A stretch of 64,000 nt of DNA from Alphaproteobacteria bacterium (GCA_040220875.1 JAVJVX010000003.1:136969-200968); one strand, 5' to 3'; shown: positions 36,654 to 47,184, counted from the first letter of the stretch. Made by a program: numbers and translations. The notes: generated by a model not told the origin, from the sequence alone.

Positions 36654-37112
36654 CTAACCGTCGCCCCGACAGCACGATACCAGTGCCTCGACCAGGGCGG
36701 CGTCATCCGCTCGGGTCCTGATATCGGCCACGACAAGGGGGCTCTCCTCATCGCTGCCCGCCGCGTCGGCGGGCAGGAGGCTGGCACCCGTCGCACGGGC
36801 CATGCTGGCGAGTTTCTCTTGAATATCCGCGCGACCCGTGAACCGCACGGCCCTGGCGCCCGCGCGAAGGCAGGCCATGGCGAGCCCGGCATCTCCGGCG
36901 GCATCGATAACGCCCGAGAAGCGGGCCTCGGGCACCGCCTCGCCCGCCTGGCGGAAGACCTCGATCCAGTAGAGCGCGCCGCCGGCGCCGGCGCCCCCCG
37001 GTGGGGTTTCGAGGGAGACCGGCCGGTCCAGCCGCCGCGCCGCCCGAAGCGCCGCCTCGGCCTCCTCGCGGCCCTGAACGATGATCCGGCGCGGTGCGTC
37101 CTTCTGCGCCAC
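36654..37112 (-). CDS. hypothetical protein (152 aa, Ala/Arg-rich)
   Basis: It is co-directional with gap, and its start is 3 nt after the gap stop. It has no recognisable motifs. It could be a GC-driven spurious ORF. Confidence 0.35.
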   Translation of the reverse strand: MAQKDAPRRIIVQGREEAEAALRAARRLDRPVSLETPPGGAGAGGALYWIEVFRQAGEAVPEARFSGVIDAAGDAGLAMACLRAGARAVRFTGRADIQEKLASMARATGASLLPADAAGSDEESPLVVADIRTRADDAALVEALVSCCRGDG

Positions 37113-37115
37113 GGT

Positions 37116-38123
37116 CTAGCCCAGCCGGCCTACCGCGACGGCGGCATCGGCCATGCGATTGGCGAAACCCCATTCGTTATCATACCATGACAGCACGCGG
37201 ACGAACGTGCCGTCGATGACCTCGGTCTGGGTGACGTCGAAGGTGGAGCTGTTGGGATTGTGGTTGAAGTCGCTTGAGACCAGCGGCACATCCACGATGC
37301 CGAGAATCCCCTTCAGGCGTCCGTTGGCGGCCTCGACCATGGCGGCGTTCACTTCCTCGGCGCTGGTCGCGCGGCCGGCCGTGATCTTGAAATCGACCAT
37401 CGAAACATTCGGCACCGGCACGCGAATGGCCGAGCCATCAAGCCGGCCCTTCAGTTCCGGCAGGACCAGGCCGACGGCGCGGGCCGCGCCGGTCGAGGTG
37501 GGAATCATGTTGTTGGCCGCCGCGCGTGCCCGGCGCAAATCCTTGTGCAGCGTGTCGACGATTCGTTGATCACCAGTAAATGCATGCACGGTCGTCATGA
37601 ATCCCTGCCGGATTCCGAATGTCTTGTGCAGCACGTCGGCGACGGGGGCCAGGCAGTTGGTCGTGCACGACGCGTTTGAAATCACGGTATGGGACTTTTC
37701 GAGCTTGTCGTGATTGACGCCGTAAACAATCGTGAGGTCGGCGCCGTCGGCCGGCGCGGAAACGAGGACCCGCGTTGCCCCTGCACTCAGATGCTGGGCG
37801 GCCGCGTCGCGCTTGGTGAAGAGGCCGGTGCATTCGAGCGCGACATCAACGCCAATGTCCTTCCACGGCAGTTTGCCGGGCTCACGCTCGGCCACCACCC
37901 TGATCGGGCCGCGTCCGAGATCCATCTTGTCGCCATCCACCGTGATATCGGCGTTGAGTGTGCCGTGCACGGTATCGTACTTCAGAAGGTGCGCGTTGCT
38001 TTCAGCGTCGCCCAGATCGTTGATCGCCACGACCTCGATATCATCGCGCCCGGATTCGAAGATGCCTCTGAGGACAAGCCGTCCGATCCGCCCGAATCCG
38101 TTAATGGCCACCCTGATCGCCAT
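37116..38123 (-). CDS. gap: type I glyceraldehyde-3-phosphate dehydrogenase
   Basis: It has MAIRVAINGFGRIGR and ASCTTNCLAP (active-site Cys), and is 335 aa. Confidence 0.9.
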   Translation of the reverse strand: MAIRVAINGFGRIGRLVLRGIFESGRDDIEVVAINDLGDAESNAHLLKYDTVHGTLNADITVDGDKMDLGRGPIRVVAEREPGKLPWKDIGVDVALECTGLFTKRDAAAQHLSAGATRVLVSAPADGADLTIVYGVNHDKLEKSHTVISNASCTTNCLAPVADVLHKTFGIRQGFMTTVHAFTGDQRIVDTLHKDLRRARAAANNMIPTSTGAARAVGLVLPELKGRLDGSAIRVPVPNVSMVDFKITAGRATSAEEVNAAMVEAANGRLKGILGIVDVPLVSSDFNHNPNSSTFDVTQTEVIDGTFVRVLSWYDNEWGFANRMADAAVAVGRLG

Positions 38124-38157
38124 TGCCGTCTCCCTAGTTATTGTGCCGCGCCGCCGG

Positions 38158-40176
38158 TCAGCCGCGCAGCTTTCTCTTTACAAGCTGCACCACCGCCTCG
38201 GCGGTGATGCCGAAATGTGCGTACAATTCCTCGGCCGGCGCCGAGGCGCCGAAGCCCCGCATGCCGATGACATCGTCCTCGCTCTCGACATAGCGGCTCC
38301 AGCCGAACACGGCCGCTGCCTCGATCGCCACCCGCGAGGCACGCGGGCCCAGAACGCTCGCCCGGTAGCTTTCTGATTCCGTCTCGAAGAGTTCCCAAGA
38401 CACCATCGAGACCACTGCTGTCGGAATGCCCGCTGCCTCGAGGTTGCGCCGTGCCTCCAGGGCGAGGGGGATTTCCGTGCCCGTGGACAGGATCGTCGCC
38501 TGACGCTCGCCCGAGGCCGGGGCCAGGACGTAGCCGCCGCGCGACGAGAGGTTCTCCGTCGTCGCCTCGCGCACCACCGGCGTGCCCTGACGCGAGAGGG
38601 CGAGAACCGACGGGCCCGTCCGATTGGACAGGGCCAGCGCCCAGCATTCCGCCGTCTCGATCGGATCGGCCGGGCGGAACACGGAAAGATTGGGGATCGC
38701 GCGGAGACTGGCGAGGTGCTCGACCGGCTGGTGTGTCGGCCCGTCCTCGCCCAGCCCGATCGAATCGTGGGTCATGACATAGACCACCGGCAGGCCCATC
38801 AGGGCGGAGAGGCGAATGGACGCCCGGCAGTAATCGGTGAAAACCAGGAAGGTGCCGCCGTAGGGGATCAGTCCGCCATGAAGCGCCATGCCGTTCATGG
38901 CCGCCGCCATGGCATGTTCGCGCACCCCGTAATGGATATAGCTGCCGGAAAAATCATCGGGGGTAACGGTTGCCTGTCCCGCACCCCTGGTCAGGTTCGA
39001 GCCGGTGAGATCCGCCGAACCGCCGATCAGCTCCGGCACGACCGGCCCGAGATGGCTCAACACCTCGCCCGACGCCTTGCGGGTGGCCCAAATCGGCTTT
39101 TCCGCGCCGATTTTCTCCTTGAAGGCCTGAATGGCCTGGGCGAGCCCGTCCGGTGCATCGCCTCGCATGACCCGCTCGAACTCGGCGCGCCGGTCATATC
39201 CGTCAAGGGCGCGTTGCCATTCCCGGTATGCCTCGGTGCCCCGCCTTCCAGCCTCCCGCCAGGCCCGGAGCACGTCGTCCGGCACCTCGAAGGGCGGGTA
39301 GGGCCAGCCGAGTTCTTCCCGCGCGCCGGCGATTTCCTCCTCGCCAAGGGGTGCGCCATGGGTCGCCGCTGTGCCTGCCTTGCTGGGCGCTCCGAAACCG
39401 ATGACCGTCTTGCAGGCGATGAGCGAAGGGGCGTCGCTCGCCCGGGCAGCCTCGATCGCTTTCAGCACCGCGTCCTGGTCGTGCCCGTCCACGCTCTGGA
39501 CGTGCCAGCCGCTGGCCCGGAACCGCCCCAACTGATCGTCCGAGACGGTCATGTCGGTTGGGCCGTCGATTGAAATTCCGTTGTCGTCGAACAGCACGAT
39601 CAGCCGGTCCAGCTTGAGGTGGCCTGCAAGCGAAATCGCCTCGTGGCTGATTCCTTCCATCAGACACCCGTCGCCCGCAATGACATAGGTAAAGTGGTCC
39701 ACCATCCCGCGCCCGTAGCGGGCGGCCAGAAGCTTCTCGGCCATGGCCATGCCGACACCATTGGCCAGACCCTGCCCGAGCGGGCCCGTCGTCGTCTCGA
39801 TGCCGCCGGCGTGGCCGTATTCAGGGTGGCCGGCGGTTCGCGCGCCGAGCTGGCGGAAATTCTTGATCTCCTCGATCGTCATATCCGCGTAGCCGGTCAG
39901 GTAAAGCGCCGCATAGAGCAGCATTGACCCATGCCCGGCAGAGAGGACAAACCGGTCCCGGTCTGGCCATTCGGGATGGGCCGGATCGTATTTCATGACC
40001 CGGGTAAAGAGCACGGTCGCGACATCGGCCATGCCCATGGGCATGCCGGGATGGCCCGATTTGGCCTTCTGGACGGCATCCATTGCGAGCGCGCGGATCG
40101 CATTCGCCATCTGCCTCGAAAAACCGGAGGTCCGGTTATTTTCAGAAGAGGTGGCGGCGTGCTTCACGGCGGGCAT
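38158..40176 (-). CDS. tkt: transketolase
   Basis: It has [43 protein letters not shown] and the TPP-binding fold. The start is taken at ATG 40176 (MPAVKH...), with an alternative at ATG 40110 (MANAIR). The track ORF start at 40389 adds R/P/G-rich non-protein-like sequence. Confidence 0.9.
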   Translation of the reverse strand: MPAVKHAATSSENNRTSGFSRQMANAIRALAMDAVQKAKSGHPGMPMGMADVATVLFTRVMKYDPAHPEWPDRDRFVLSAGHGSMLLYAALYLTGYADMTIEEIKNFRQLGARTAGHPEYGHAGGIETTTGPLGQGLANGVGMAMAEKLLAARYGRGMVDHFTYVIAGDGCLMEGISHEAISLAGHLKLDRLIVLFDDNGISIDGPTDMTVSDDQLGRFRASGWHVQSVDGHDQDAVLKAIEAARASDAPSLIACKTVIGFGAPSKAGTAATHGAPLGEEEIAGAREELGWPYPPFEVPDDVLRAWREAGRRGTEAYREWQRALDGYDRRAEFERVMRGDAPDGLAQAIQAFKEKIGAEKPIWATRKASGEVLSHLGPVVPELIGGSADLTGSNLTRGAGQATVTPDDFSGSYIHYGVREHAMAAAMNGMALHGGLIPYGGTFLVFTDYCRASIRLSALMGLPVVYVMTHDSIGLGEDGPTHQPVEHLASLRAIPNLSVFRPADPIETAECWALALSNRTGPSVLALSRQGTPVVREATTENLSSRGGYVLAPASGERQATILSTGTEIPLALEARRNLEAAGIPTAVVSMVSWELFETESESYRASVLGPRASRVAIEAAAVFGWSRYVESEDDVIGMRGFGASAPAEELYAHFGITAEAVVQLVKRKLRG

Positions 40177-40405
40177 CGGGATTTCCAGATTGCGGCCGTT
40201 TAGGCCGGATTTTCGGAGTTGTTCGGACGATCCGTGCGGATCTTGATATGGATTCTGGGCGAGGTTGGGGGCGGGCGGGCGACGGCAGGGTCGCGCGCCT
40301 GTATTGGGGCGGAATGTGCCGAGCCGGCCCCCGGTCGTCAACCCGATTCCCGCGTGCCGCCGCCATCCGTCACCGCTTTTGGCGCGCATCCATGCACGGG
40401 CGCGG

Positions 40406-40435
40406 TTGACCGTGATTTCGCCGCGATCGTATGGT
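40406..40435 (+). promoter_or_regulatory. candidate sigma70 promoter for DUF4164-zapA (TTGACC-18-TATGGT)
   Basis: TTGACC (40406..40411) and TATGGT (40430..40435) are present, about 65 nt upstream of ATG 40501. Confidence 0.35.
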
Positions 40436-40500
40436 TCAATTCAGTCAGGGCGCGCCTTCGGCCATGCGCCCCCTAATGGCCTTCTCGAAACAGGATCTCG

Positions 40501-40710
40501 ATGGAACGTCTCTTATCGGCGCAGGCGCGGCTGTCAGCCGCGGTGGACCAACTCGAAGCGGCCGCGCGCAACATCGCGAATAAGGGCGGATCGGAGGACG
40601 ATGTCGCGCGGCTCCGGGCCGAGGCGGATCTGGTCCGGGACCGGAACCGGCAGCTCGGCAAGCGCCTGGATGCCGCCATCGCCGAGATCAAATCGCTTTT
40701 GGAGGCATAG
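40501..40710 (+). CDS. DUF4164 small coiled-coil protein (ZapA-associated, ZauP-like)
   Basis: It is a 69-aa helical protein (LEAAARNIANKG...RLRAEADLVRDRNRQLGKRLDAAIAEIKSLLEA). Its stop is 5 nt before the zapA ATG, and GGAGG lies inside its 3' end. Confidence 0.6.
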   Translation: MERLLSAQARLSAAVDQLEAAARNIANKGGSEDDVARLRAEADLVRDRNRQLGKRLDAAIAEIKSLLEA

Positions 40711-40714
40711 GGCG

Positions 40715-41059
40715 ATGGCGCAAGTCACGGTTCAGGTCAACGGGCGGGAATACAAACTCGCGTGCGATGACGGGCAGGAGGGCCATTTGTCGACCCTGGC
40801 TTCCTATGTCGACGAGCGGGTGCGCGAGATCGCCCAAGGCGCCGGCCATCATGTGAGTGACGCCCAGCTTCTCCTGATGGGCGCGCTTCTCGTCGCCGAC
40901 GAACTGGCCGAGACCTATGACGAGCTGGAAACCGTCAGGACCGCTCTCGAGGCGGGGGCATCGGGCGCGGCGGACGAGGCGGCGGCGGCGCTCGACGGGC
41001 TGACGGCGCGCCTGGAGCGGCTGTCAGCCACACTTGCGGACGGGCAGTCGCGCGCCTAG
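40715..41059 (+). CDS. zapA: cell division protein ZapA
   Basis: The translation MAQVTVQVNGREYKLACDDGQEGHLSTLASYVDERVREI is a ZapA N-terminal match, with a coiled-coil C-terminus. It is 114 aa. Confidence 0.8.
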   Translation: MAQVTVQVNGREYKLACDDGQEGHLSTLASYVDERVREIAQGAGHHVSDAQLLLMGALLVADELAETYDELETVRTALEAGASGAADEAAAALDGLTARLERLSATLADGQSRA

Positions 41060-41119
41060 ATTGGGCCTGATCGGCGCTGGTGGATTCGTTAGGCGATTAA
41101 CACCTGGGCCTACTCATAA

Positions 41120-41295
41120 TTCCTAGGGAGCTGTCCCTGCCGGAGCCTTGGTTCCGGTATTCACGGCGCCCACCTGCTTGTGCAGGTCCAAGGGAGTTAT
41201 CAATGCCGACGGTCCGACTGGCCCCGATCACGCCCACTGCCAAAGCCGTCCCGCCTCCGGCGGGCCAGGCCGTCCCGCGTCCCGCGGGTTAGATT
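41120..41295 (+). ncRNA. ssrS: candidate 6S RNA (ssrS)
   Basis: A 245-nt non-coding gap sits between zapA and the 5-formyl-THF cyclo-ligase gene, the conserved ssrS position (zapA-ssrS-ygfA). CATAAT at 41115..41120 precedes GGGAGCUGUCCCUGCCGGAGCC. That segment can pair imperfectly with the 3' segment CUCCGGCGGGCCAGGCCGUCCC as a closing stem. A terminal CCCGCG-uc-CCGCGGG hairpin is present. The ends are approximate. Confidence 0.5.
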
Positions 41296-41304
41296 GGATG
41301 GATC

Positions 41305-41946
41305 TTGGCCGCGTCCGCCTCGCTTCAGGAGCAGAAAGCCGCCCTGCGCGCAGAATGCCGGGCCCGGCGCGACGGGATCCGCGCCGCCGCCGCGGCAGTC
41401 GAGAGCACCGGCGCGGCCAGCGATGGCGCGGGGGCGTCAGCCGCCCGGCATTTCCTTGAACTTCTCCCGGGTCTCGGCCTGACGGGAGCGGGCGTGGCGG
41501 CCGGGTACTGGCCACACGGTAGTGAGATCGATCCCCTGCCATTTATGCGGTCTCTGGCGGCGGACGGCTGGACCACCTGTTTTCCCGCCATCGCCCCCAA
41601 CCGGCTGACTGAAGCGCCCCTTGATTTTCGTGTCTGGTCGCCGGACACACGCCCCCCCTTCAGCCGCTTCCGGATCCCGGCGCCCGACGAAAATGCACCC
41701 TCGCTCCTGCCTGATCTGGTGGTCGTGCCGCTTCTCGCCTTCGATGACGGGTGCCACAGGCTCGGCTATGGCGGCGGCTATTATGACCGGACCCTGGCGG
41801 CCTTGCGGAGGATCTCTCCGGCCAGCCGCGCCGTCGGCCTCGCTTTTGACGGCCAGCGCCGCGACGACCTGCCGGTGGCCGACCACGATGCGCGGCTCGA
41901 TGCGGTGGTCACGGAGAAAACCGTCTATACAGGGCCGGCGGTGTGA
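41305..41946 (+). CDS. ygfA: 5-formyltetrahydrofolate cyclo-ligase
   Basis: The GYGGGYYDRTLA motif and its position after ssrS support the call. It uses a TTG start, with no ATG in frame upstream. Confidence 0.75.
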   Translation: MAASASLQEQKAALRAECRARRDGIRAAAAAVESTGAASDGAGASAARHFLELLPGLGLTGAGVAAGYWPHGSEIDPLPFMRSLAADGWTTCFPAIAPNRLTEAPLDFRVWSPDTRPPFSRFRIPAPDENAPSLLPDLVVVPLLAFDDGCHRLGYGGGYYDRTLAALRRISPASRAVGLAFDGQRRDDLPVADHDARLDAVVTEKTVYTGPAV

Positions 41947-42003
41947 CGGTCCGCCACCTTGGCGCCGGCTCTCCCCTTGATGTGAACAACGGATGGCGAC
42001 GAC

Positions 42004-42816
42004 ATGCGGTTACTGTTTCTTGGCGATATCATGGGACGCGCCGGGCGCGATGCGCTGATGGAGGCCTTGCCGGACCTTCGGGCCGAGTTAAGCCTCGATT
42101 TTGTCGTGGTCAATGGCGAGAACGCCGCCGGCGGGTTCGGCATCACGCCGCAAATCTGCGAGGGCCTGTACCAGACCGGCGTTGATGCCATCACGACGGG
42201 CAATCATGTCTGGGACGCCAAGGAAATCATCGGCTATATCGGTGGCGACGCAAGATTGCTGCGTCCGGTGAATTACCCGAAAGACACGCCCGGCCGCGGG
42301 GCCGCGACATACTCGCTGGCGGACGGGCGCAGGGTCCTGGTGGTCAACGTCATGACACGACTTTTTATGGACCCGCTCGACGATCCATTCCCCGCGCTTG
42401 ACACGGTACTGCAGACGGCCCGGCTGGGGCGAGCCGTGGACGCCGTCATCGTCGATGTGCATGGCGAGGCGACGAGCGAGAAGATGGCGATCGGCCATTA
42501 TCTGGACGGCCGCGCCTCGCTTGTGGTGGGAACCCATTCGCATATACCCACGGCGGATGCGCATGTCCTGCCCGGCGGCACTGCTTATCAGAGCGACGCC
42601 GGCATGTGCGGCGATTACGATTCGGTGATCGGCATGGAGAAGGAGCCGGCCATGAGGCGGTTCATCCGCAAGATGCCCACGGGCCGGGTCCCGCCGGCGA
42701 CCGGCCCGGCGACGCTATGCGGCGTCTTCGTCGAAACCGACGACGCGACCGGGCTCGCCCGGACCGTCGCCCCGTTGCGCCGGGGCGGCATTCTGGCACC
42801 CGCCGGCCCGGCCTAG
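42004..42816 (+). CDS. YmdB-like (TIGR00282) metallophosphoesterase
   Basis: It has MRLLFLGDIMGRAGRDAL...VVNGENAAGGFGIT...GNHVWD and IVDVHGEATSEK, typical of the 2',3'-cyclic-nucleotide phosphodiesterase YmdB family. Confidence 0.8.
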   Translation: MRLLFLGDIMGRAGRDALMEALPDLRAELSLDFVVVNGENAAGGFGITPQICEGLYQTGVDAITTGNHVWDAKEIIGYIGGDARLLRPVNYPKDTPGRGAATYSLADGRRVLVVNVMTRLFMDPLDDPFPALDTVLQTARLGRAVDAVIVDVHGEATSEKMAIGHYLDGRASLVVGTHSHIPTADAHVLPGGTAYQSDAGMCGDYDSVIGMEKEPAMRRFIRKMPTGRVPPATGPATLCGVFVETDDATGLARTVAPLRRGGILAPAGPA

Positions 42817-42924
42817 GGTGGGCAGGCCGAGGAAGCGCTGGGATTTCACCCTATATCTGGTATAAATCCCGCCAATTCTTACAATATCTCTATCTCCGAT
42901 GGGCGGAGCACGGGTCGGACGACT

Positions 42925-43674
42925 ATGGCAGGTCATTCCAAATTCAAGAACATCCAGCACCGCAAGTCGGCGCAGGACAAAAAGCGCGCCAAGATCTTCA
43001 GTCGCCTCATCCGGGAGGTCATCGTGGCCGCCCGTACCGGCCTGCCCGAGCCGGACAAGAATCCACGCCTGCGCGCCGCCGTGGCCGCGGCCCGCACCGC
43101 CAACATGCCAAACGACAACATCGAGCGTGCGATCGCCAAGGTGGCGGGCGGGGACGACGACACGAATTACGAGGAAATCCGCTACGAGGGCTATGGACCG
43201 GGCGGGGTGGCGGTGATCGTCGAGGCGCTGACCGACAACCGTAACCGCACCGCCGGCGAGGTCCGGGCCATTTTCTCCAAGCATGGCGGCAATCTCGGCG
43301 AAACCGGCAGCGTGAGCTTCATGTTCGAGCGCCGGGGGGTGATCCGGTATCCCGCGGAGGCGGGCTCGGCTGAAGATATCCTCGAGGCGGTGATCGAGGC
43401 GGGGGCCGAGGATGTCGCGCACGATCAGGACGGCCACGACGTCATCACCGCGCCCGAAGACCTGCATGCCGCGCGCGACACGCTGGCGGCCCGCTTCGGC
43501 GAGCCGGAAAGCGCCGAACTGGTCTGGCGGCCGGCCAACACGGTCGAGGTGGATGAGGCGGCGGCGGCGACACTTCTCAAGCTGCTGGACGCGCTTGACG
43601 ACAACGACGATGTGCAATCGGTCGCCGCCAATTTCGAGGTGTCCGATGACATCCTCGAACGACTGACGGCATGA
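42925..43674 (+). CDS. yebC: YebC/PmpR-family transcriptional regulator
   Basis: The translation [32 protein letters not shown] is the invariant YebC N-terminus. It is 249 aa. Confidence 0.9.
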   Translation: MAGHSKFKNIQHRKSAQDKKRAKIFSRLIREVIVAARTGLPEPDKNPRLRAAVAAARTANMPNDNIERAIAKVAGGDDDTNYEEIRYEGYGPGGVAVIVEALTDNRNRTAGEVRAIFSKHGGNLGETGSVSFMFERRGVIRYPAEAGSAEDILEAVIEAGAEDVAHDQDGHDVITAPEDLHAARDTLAARFGEPESAELVWRPANTVEVDEAAAATLLKLLDALDDNDDVQSVAANFEVSDDILERLTA

Positions 43675-43676
43675 CC

Positions 43677-43724
43677 GGGGCCCTTCGGTCCTGGCGTGGG
43701 GCCCTTCGGCCCTGGCGTGGGGCC
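43677..43724. repeat. two tandem copies of a 22-nt GC-rich unit (ggggcccttcgg(t/c)cctggcgtg)
   Basis: It lies between the yebC stop and ruvC. Each unit holds a GGGCC-CTTC-GGCCC tetraloop hairpin. There is no T-run. Confidence 0.5.
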
Positions 43725-43760
43725 TGACGGGGCGGCGATGGTGACGGGGAGCGGCGCGCA

Positions 43761-44282
43761 ATGAAACTGATCGGGCTTGATCCCGGCTTGCGGCGCACTG
43801 GCTGGGGCGTGATCGAGGTCACGGGAAACGCGCTCGTCCATGTCGCCAATGGCACGGTCGAAAGCGAGGCGAGCGCGCCACTCGCCCGGCGTCTCGAGGA
43901 GATTTTTACCGGCCTGATGGCAGTGCTGGCGGCGCACCGGCCCAAAAGTGCCGCGGTGGAGGAGACCTTCGTCAACCGGAACCCCAGCTCGACACTCAAG
44001 CTTGGCATGGCGCGCGGGGTCGTGCTGCTGGCGCCGGCCAGGGCTGGCTTGGCGGTGGCGGAGTATTCCGCCAATCAGATCAAGAAATCGGTCGTAGGCA
44101 GCGGGCACGCGACCAAGGATCAGATTGCCATGATGGTGACCACCCTGTTGCCCCGGGCCGAGATCAGCGGTCACGACGCGGCCGACGCGCTGGCCGTGGC
44201 CATCTGCCATGCGCATATGTCGATGACGGCGACGCGCATTGCGGCCGGGCGGACGGATGCGGTTGCGGGACGGTTCGGATGA
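43761..44282 (+). CDS. ruvC: crossover junction endodeoxyribonuclease RuvC
   Basis: It has [19 protein letters not shown] (catalytic Asp in DPG) and an RNase H-like fold. It is 173 aa. Confidence 0.9.
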   Translation: MKLIGLDPGLRRTGWGVIEVTGNALVHVANGTVESEASAPLARRLEEIFTGLMAVLAAHRPKSAAVEETFVNRNPSSTLKLGMARGVVLLAPARAGLAVAEYSANQIKKSVVGSGHATKDQIAMMVTTLLPRAEISGHDAADALAVAICHAHMSMTATRIAAGRTDAVAGRFG

Positions 44283-44896
44283 TCGCCAGGCTGAAAGGGC
44301 TTCTGGATTATACGGACGATGGGCGCGTGGTGCTCGATGTGGGCGGTGTCGGCTATCTGGTCTTTTGCTCGAACCGCACCATTGCTGACCTGGCCGCTCC
44401 CGGCAGTCCCGTGACGCTCGAAATCGAGACCCAGGTGCGCGAGGACCAGATTGCCCTTTATGGATTTCGTGACGTGTCCGAGCGCGACTGGTTCCGTCTC
44501 CTGATCACGGTGCAGGGCGTGGGTGCCCGGGTCGCGCTGGCGATTCTCTCGGTCCTCCCGCCGAAGGATCTTGCGCGGGCGATCGCGGCCGGCGACAAGG
44601 CACTGATAACCCGTGCGGACGGCGTCGGCCCCAAGCTGGCGACGCGTATCCTGTCCGAGTTGCGCGACAAGGCCCCGGCGCCGGAGACCGGCCATGGGTT
44701 TTCCGCGGCCGGCGGGGCGGCGGCGGACGATCCGGCGGCACGGACGGTTGAAGGCGACGCGGTATCGGCGCTCGTCAATCTCGGCTATGGACGCAGCGAG
44801 GCCTATGGCGCAGTCGCCCGCGCGGCCAGCCGGCTGGGCGATGGCGCGGGGGTCGAGCTGCTGATCCGGGACGGCCTGAAGGAGCTGAGCACGTGA
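44279..44896 (+). CDS. ruvA: Holliday junction branch migration protein RuvA
   Basis: It has [11 protein letters not shown]...GVGYLVF, HhH motifs and a Gly-rich linker. It overlaps ruvC by 4 nt. Confidence 0.9.
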   Translation: MIARLKGLLDYTDDGRVVLDVGGVGYLVFCSNRTIADLAAPGSPVTLEIETQVREDQIALYGFRDVSERDWFRLLITVQGVGARVALAILSVLPPKDLARAIAAGDKALITRADGVGPKLATRILSELRDKAPAPETGHGFSAAGGAAADDPAARTVEGDAVSALVNLGYGRSEAYGAVARAASRLGDGAGVELLIRDGLKELST

Positions 44897-45972
44897 GCAC
44901 GGATCGACTGGTTGCGGGGAAGGCAATGGCCGCCGACGAGGTCCCGGGCGACCCTCTCGACACCTCTCTGCGCCCGACCAGCCTTTCGGCCTTCGTCGGC
45001 CAGGCGAAGCTACGCGAGAATTTGCGGGTCTTCATCGAGGCGGCGAAGAAACGGGGCGACGCGCTGGACCATGTGCTGTTTCACGGACCGCCCGGGCTCG
45101 GCAAGACGACACTCGCCCAGATCGTCGCGCGCGAGCTGGGGGCGGGGTTCCGCGCGACGTCCGGTCCCGTGATCGCCAAGGCGGGCGACCTGGCGGCGCT
45201 GGTGACCAATCTGGAACCGGGCGATGTGCTGTTCATCGACGAAATTCACCGCCTCAATCCGGCGGTCGAGGAAATCCTTTACCCGGCGATGGAGGATTTT
45301 CAGCTCGATCTGATGATCGGGGAGGGGCCAGGGGCGCGCTCCGTCAAGATCGATCTGCCTAAATTCACCCTGATTGGAGCGACGACGCGCTCGGGCCTGA
45401 TCACCACCCCCCTGCGCGAGCGCTTCGGTATTCCCTTGCGGCTCGCATTCTACCAGACGGACGAACTCGAGCGTATCGTCAGCCGCGGGGCGGGGCTGCT
45501 CGATCTTGCCCTGACTCCCGACGGCGCGCGCGAGATTGCCCGGCGCGCCCGCGGGACACCACGCGTCGCCGGCCGGCTGTTGCGTCGGGTCCGCGATTTC
45601 GCCGCCGTTTCGGGCACGAAGGAGGTGGATGCGGCGGCGGCCGATGCGGCGCTTAACCGGCTGGAAGTGGATGGCCGCGGCCTGGATTCGATGGACCGGC
45701 GGTACCTTTCCTGCATCGCTTCCAACTACGGCGGCGGTCCGGTGGGCGTGGAAACGCTTTCGGCTGCGCTGTCCGAGCAGCGCGATGTGCTCGAGGACGT
45801 CGTGGAACCCTTCCTGATCCAGCAGGGCTTTGTGCAACGCACGTCGCGTGGGCGGTTGCTGACCGCGAGCGCGTTCGAGCATCTGGGCCTGCGCATCCCG
45901 GCCGGGCTCGCCCGGCAACTTGATCTCCTGGGCGCGGAAGACGCGACCGGCGAAGGTGAGGCGGATGACTGA
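44893..45972 (+). CDS. ruvB: Holliday junction branch migration DNA helicase RuvB
   Basis: It has [14 protein letters not shown] (Walker A), DEIHRL (Walker B) and an AAA+ fold. It overlaps ruvA by 4 nt. Confidence 0.95.
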   Translation: MSTDRLVAGKAMAADEVPGDPLDTSLRPTSLSAFVGQAKLRENLRVFIEAAKKRGDALDHVLFHGPPGLGKTTLAQIVARELGAGFRATSGPVIAKAGDLAALVTNLEPGDVLFIDEIHRLNPAVEEILYPAMEDFQLDLMIGEGPGARSVKIDLPKFTLIGATTRSGLITTPLRERFGIPLRLAFYQTDELERIVSRGAGLLDLALTPDGAREIARRARGTPRVAGRLLRRVRDFAAVSGTKEVDAAAADAALNRLEVDGRGLDSMDRRYLSCIASNYGGGPVGVETLSAALSEQRDVLEDVVEPFLIQQGFVQRTSRGRLLTASAFEHLGLRIPAGLARQLDLLGAEDATGEGEADD

Positions 45973-46450
45973 ACGATCCGGTCGGAGAACGAGCGAGGCA
46001 ACACGTCGCCATACTCATGCCCATATTATGCCGCTTCGTATCTACTTTGAGGATACGGACGCGGGGGGCATCGTTTATCACGCCAATTATTTCCGGCATG
46101 CCGAGCGTGCGCGCGCCGAGATGATGCGTACGGTCGGACTGGAGAGCCGTCATCTCTGGGAAAAGGAGGATCGTATCTTCGCCATCCGCCATGCGGAGAT
46201 TGACTATCTCGCGCCTGCTTATCTGGACGATGCACTCGAGGTCGAGAGTGAAATCCTGGAAATGCGGGGCAGTTCGATGACCGCCCGCCAATGCGTGAAA
46301 CGCGAAGGCCGGATGCTGGTTGAAATGAATATCGTTCTAGTTTGTCTCACGGGCGAGGGAAAGCCGGTCCGGATACCGGATCACGTTCGTGACAGATTGG
46401 GAGCCTTTGTCGCAACGGTCGGGGCCGGCGGGACAGAAGAAAAGGGTTAG
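45965..46450 (+). CDS. ybgC: YbgC/FadM-family acyl-CoA thioesterase (tol-pal associated)
   Basis: It has [26 protein letters not shown], a hot-dog fold. The start is uncertain: ATG 45965 overlaps the ruvB stop, and ATG 46028 is the alternative. Confidence 0.75.
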   Translation: MTERSGRRTSEATRRHTHAHIMPLRIYFEDTDAGGIVYHANYFRHAERARAEMMRTVGLESRHLWEKEDRIFAIRHAEIDYLAPAYLDDALEVESEILEMRGSSMTARQCVKREGRMLVEMNIVLVCLTGEGKPVRIPDHVRDRLGAFVATVGAGGTEEKG

Positions 46451-46461
46451 GGGCAACTCAA

Positions 46462-47184
46462 ATGGAAAATGCAGTCGTTGATACCGTGCAGCTCGCCGGG
46501 TCGATGGATAATGCCAGCCTGTCGATCTGGGGCTTGTTTCTCCAGGCCGATTTCATCGTCAAATCCGTCATGATCATTCTCGTCCTGGCCTCGTTCTGGA
46601 GCTGGTCGATCATTTTCGAGAAATCACTCCGCCTGCGCCGTCTGCGCCGGGACACGGACGCCTTCGAGGCCGAATTCTGGTCCGGCACGGCGCTCGAGAG
46701 CCTGTACAAGGATGCCAAAAGCGAGCCTGAGGAACCGATGTCCGCCGTCTTCGTCGCGGCGATGGGCGAGTATGAACGCGCCGCCCGCAAGGGAATCGCG
46801 CCCGCCGGGCGCGCCTGGCTCCAGCAACGTATCGAGCGCGCGATGGACATCACCATCGGTCGCGAAATGGAGCGCCTCGAACGCTACATGCCGTTTCTGG
46901 CCTCGGTCGGATCGACCGCACCCTTTGTCGGCCTGTTCGGCCCGGTCTGGGGCATCATGAACAGTTTTCAGGCGATCGGCATGACCAAGAGCACCAGCCT
47001 GGCAGTCGTCGCGCCCGGCATCGCCGAGGCACTTTTCGCCACAGCGCTTGGCCTTATCGCCGCGATCCCGGCCGTCCTGGCCTACAACAAGCTGTCGGGC
47101 GACCTCGGCCGGTATGCCGGCCGACTCGAAGCCTTCGCCGGCGAGTTCATCGCCATTCTCTCCCGCGAGTTCGAGGAGAAATAG
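46462..47184 (+). CDS. tolQ: Tol-Pal system protein TolQ
   Basis: It has 3 TM helices and a MotA/ExbB/TolQ core (GLFGPVWGIMNSF...AEALFATALGLIAAIPAVLAYN). Confidence 0.9.
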   Translation: MENAVVDTVQLAGSMDNASLSIWGLFLQADFIVKSVMIILVLASFWSWSIIFEKSLRLRRLRRDTDAFEAEFWSGTALESLYKDAKSEPEEPMSAVFVAAMGEYERAARKGIAPAGRAWLQQRIERAMDITIGREMERLERYMPFLASVGSTAPFVGLFGPVWGIMNSFQAIGMTKSTSLAVVAPGIAEALFATALGLIAAIPAVLAYNKLSGDLGRYAGRLEAFAGEFIAILSREFEEK

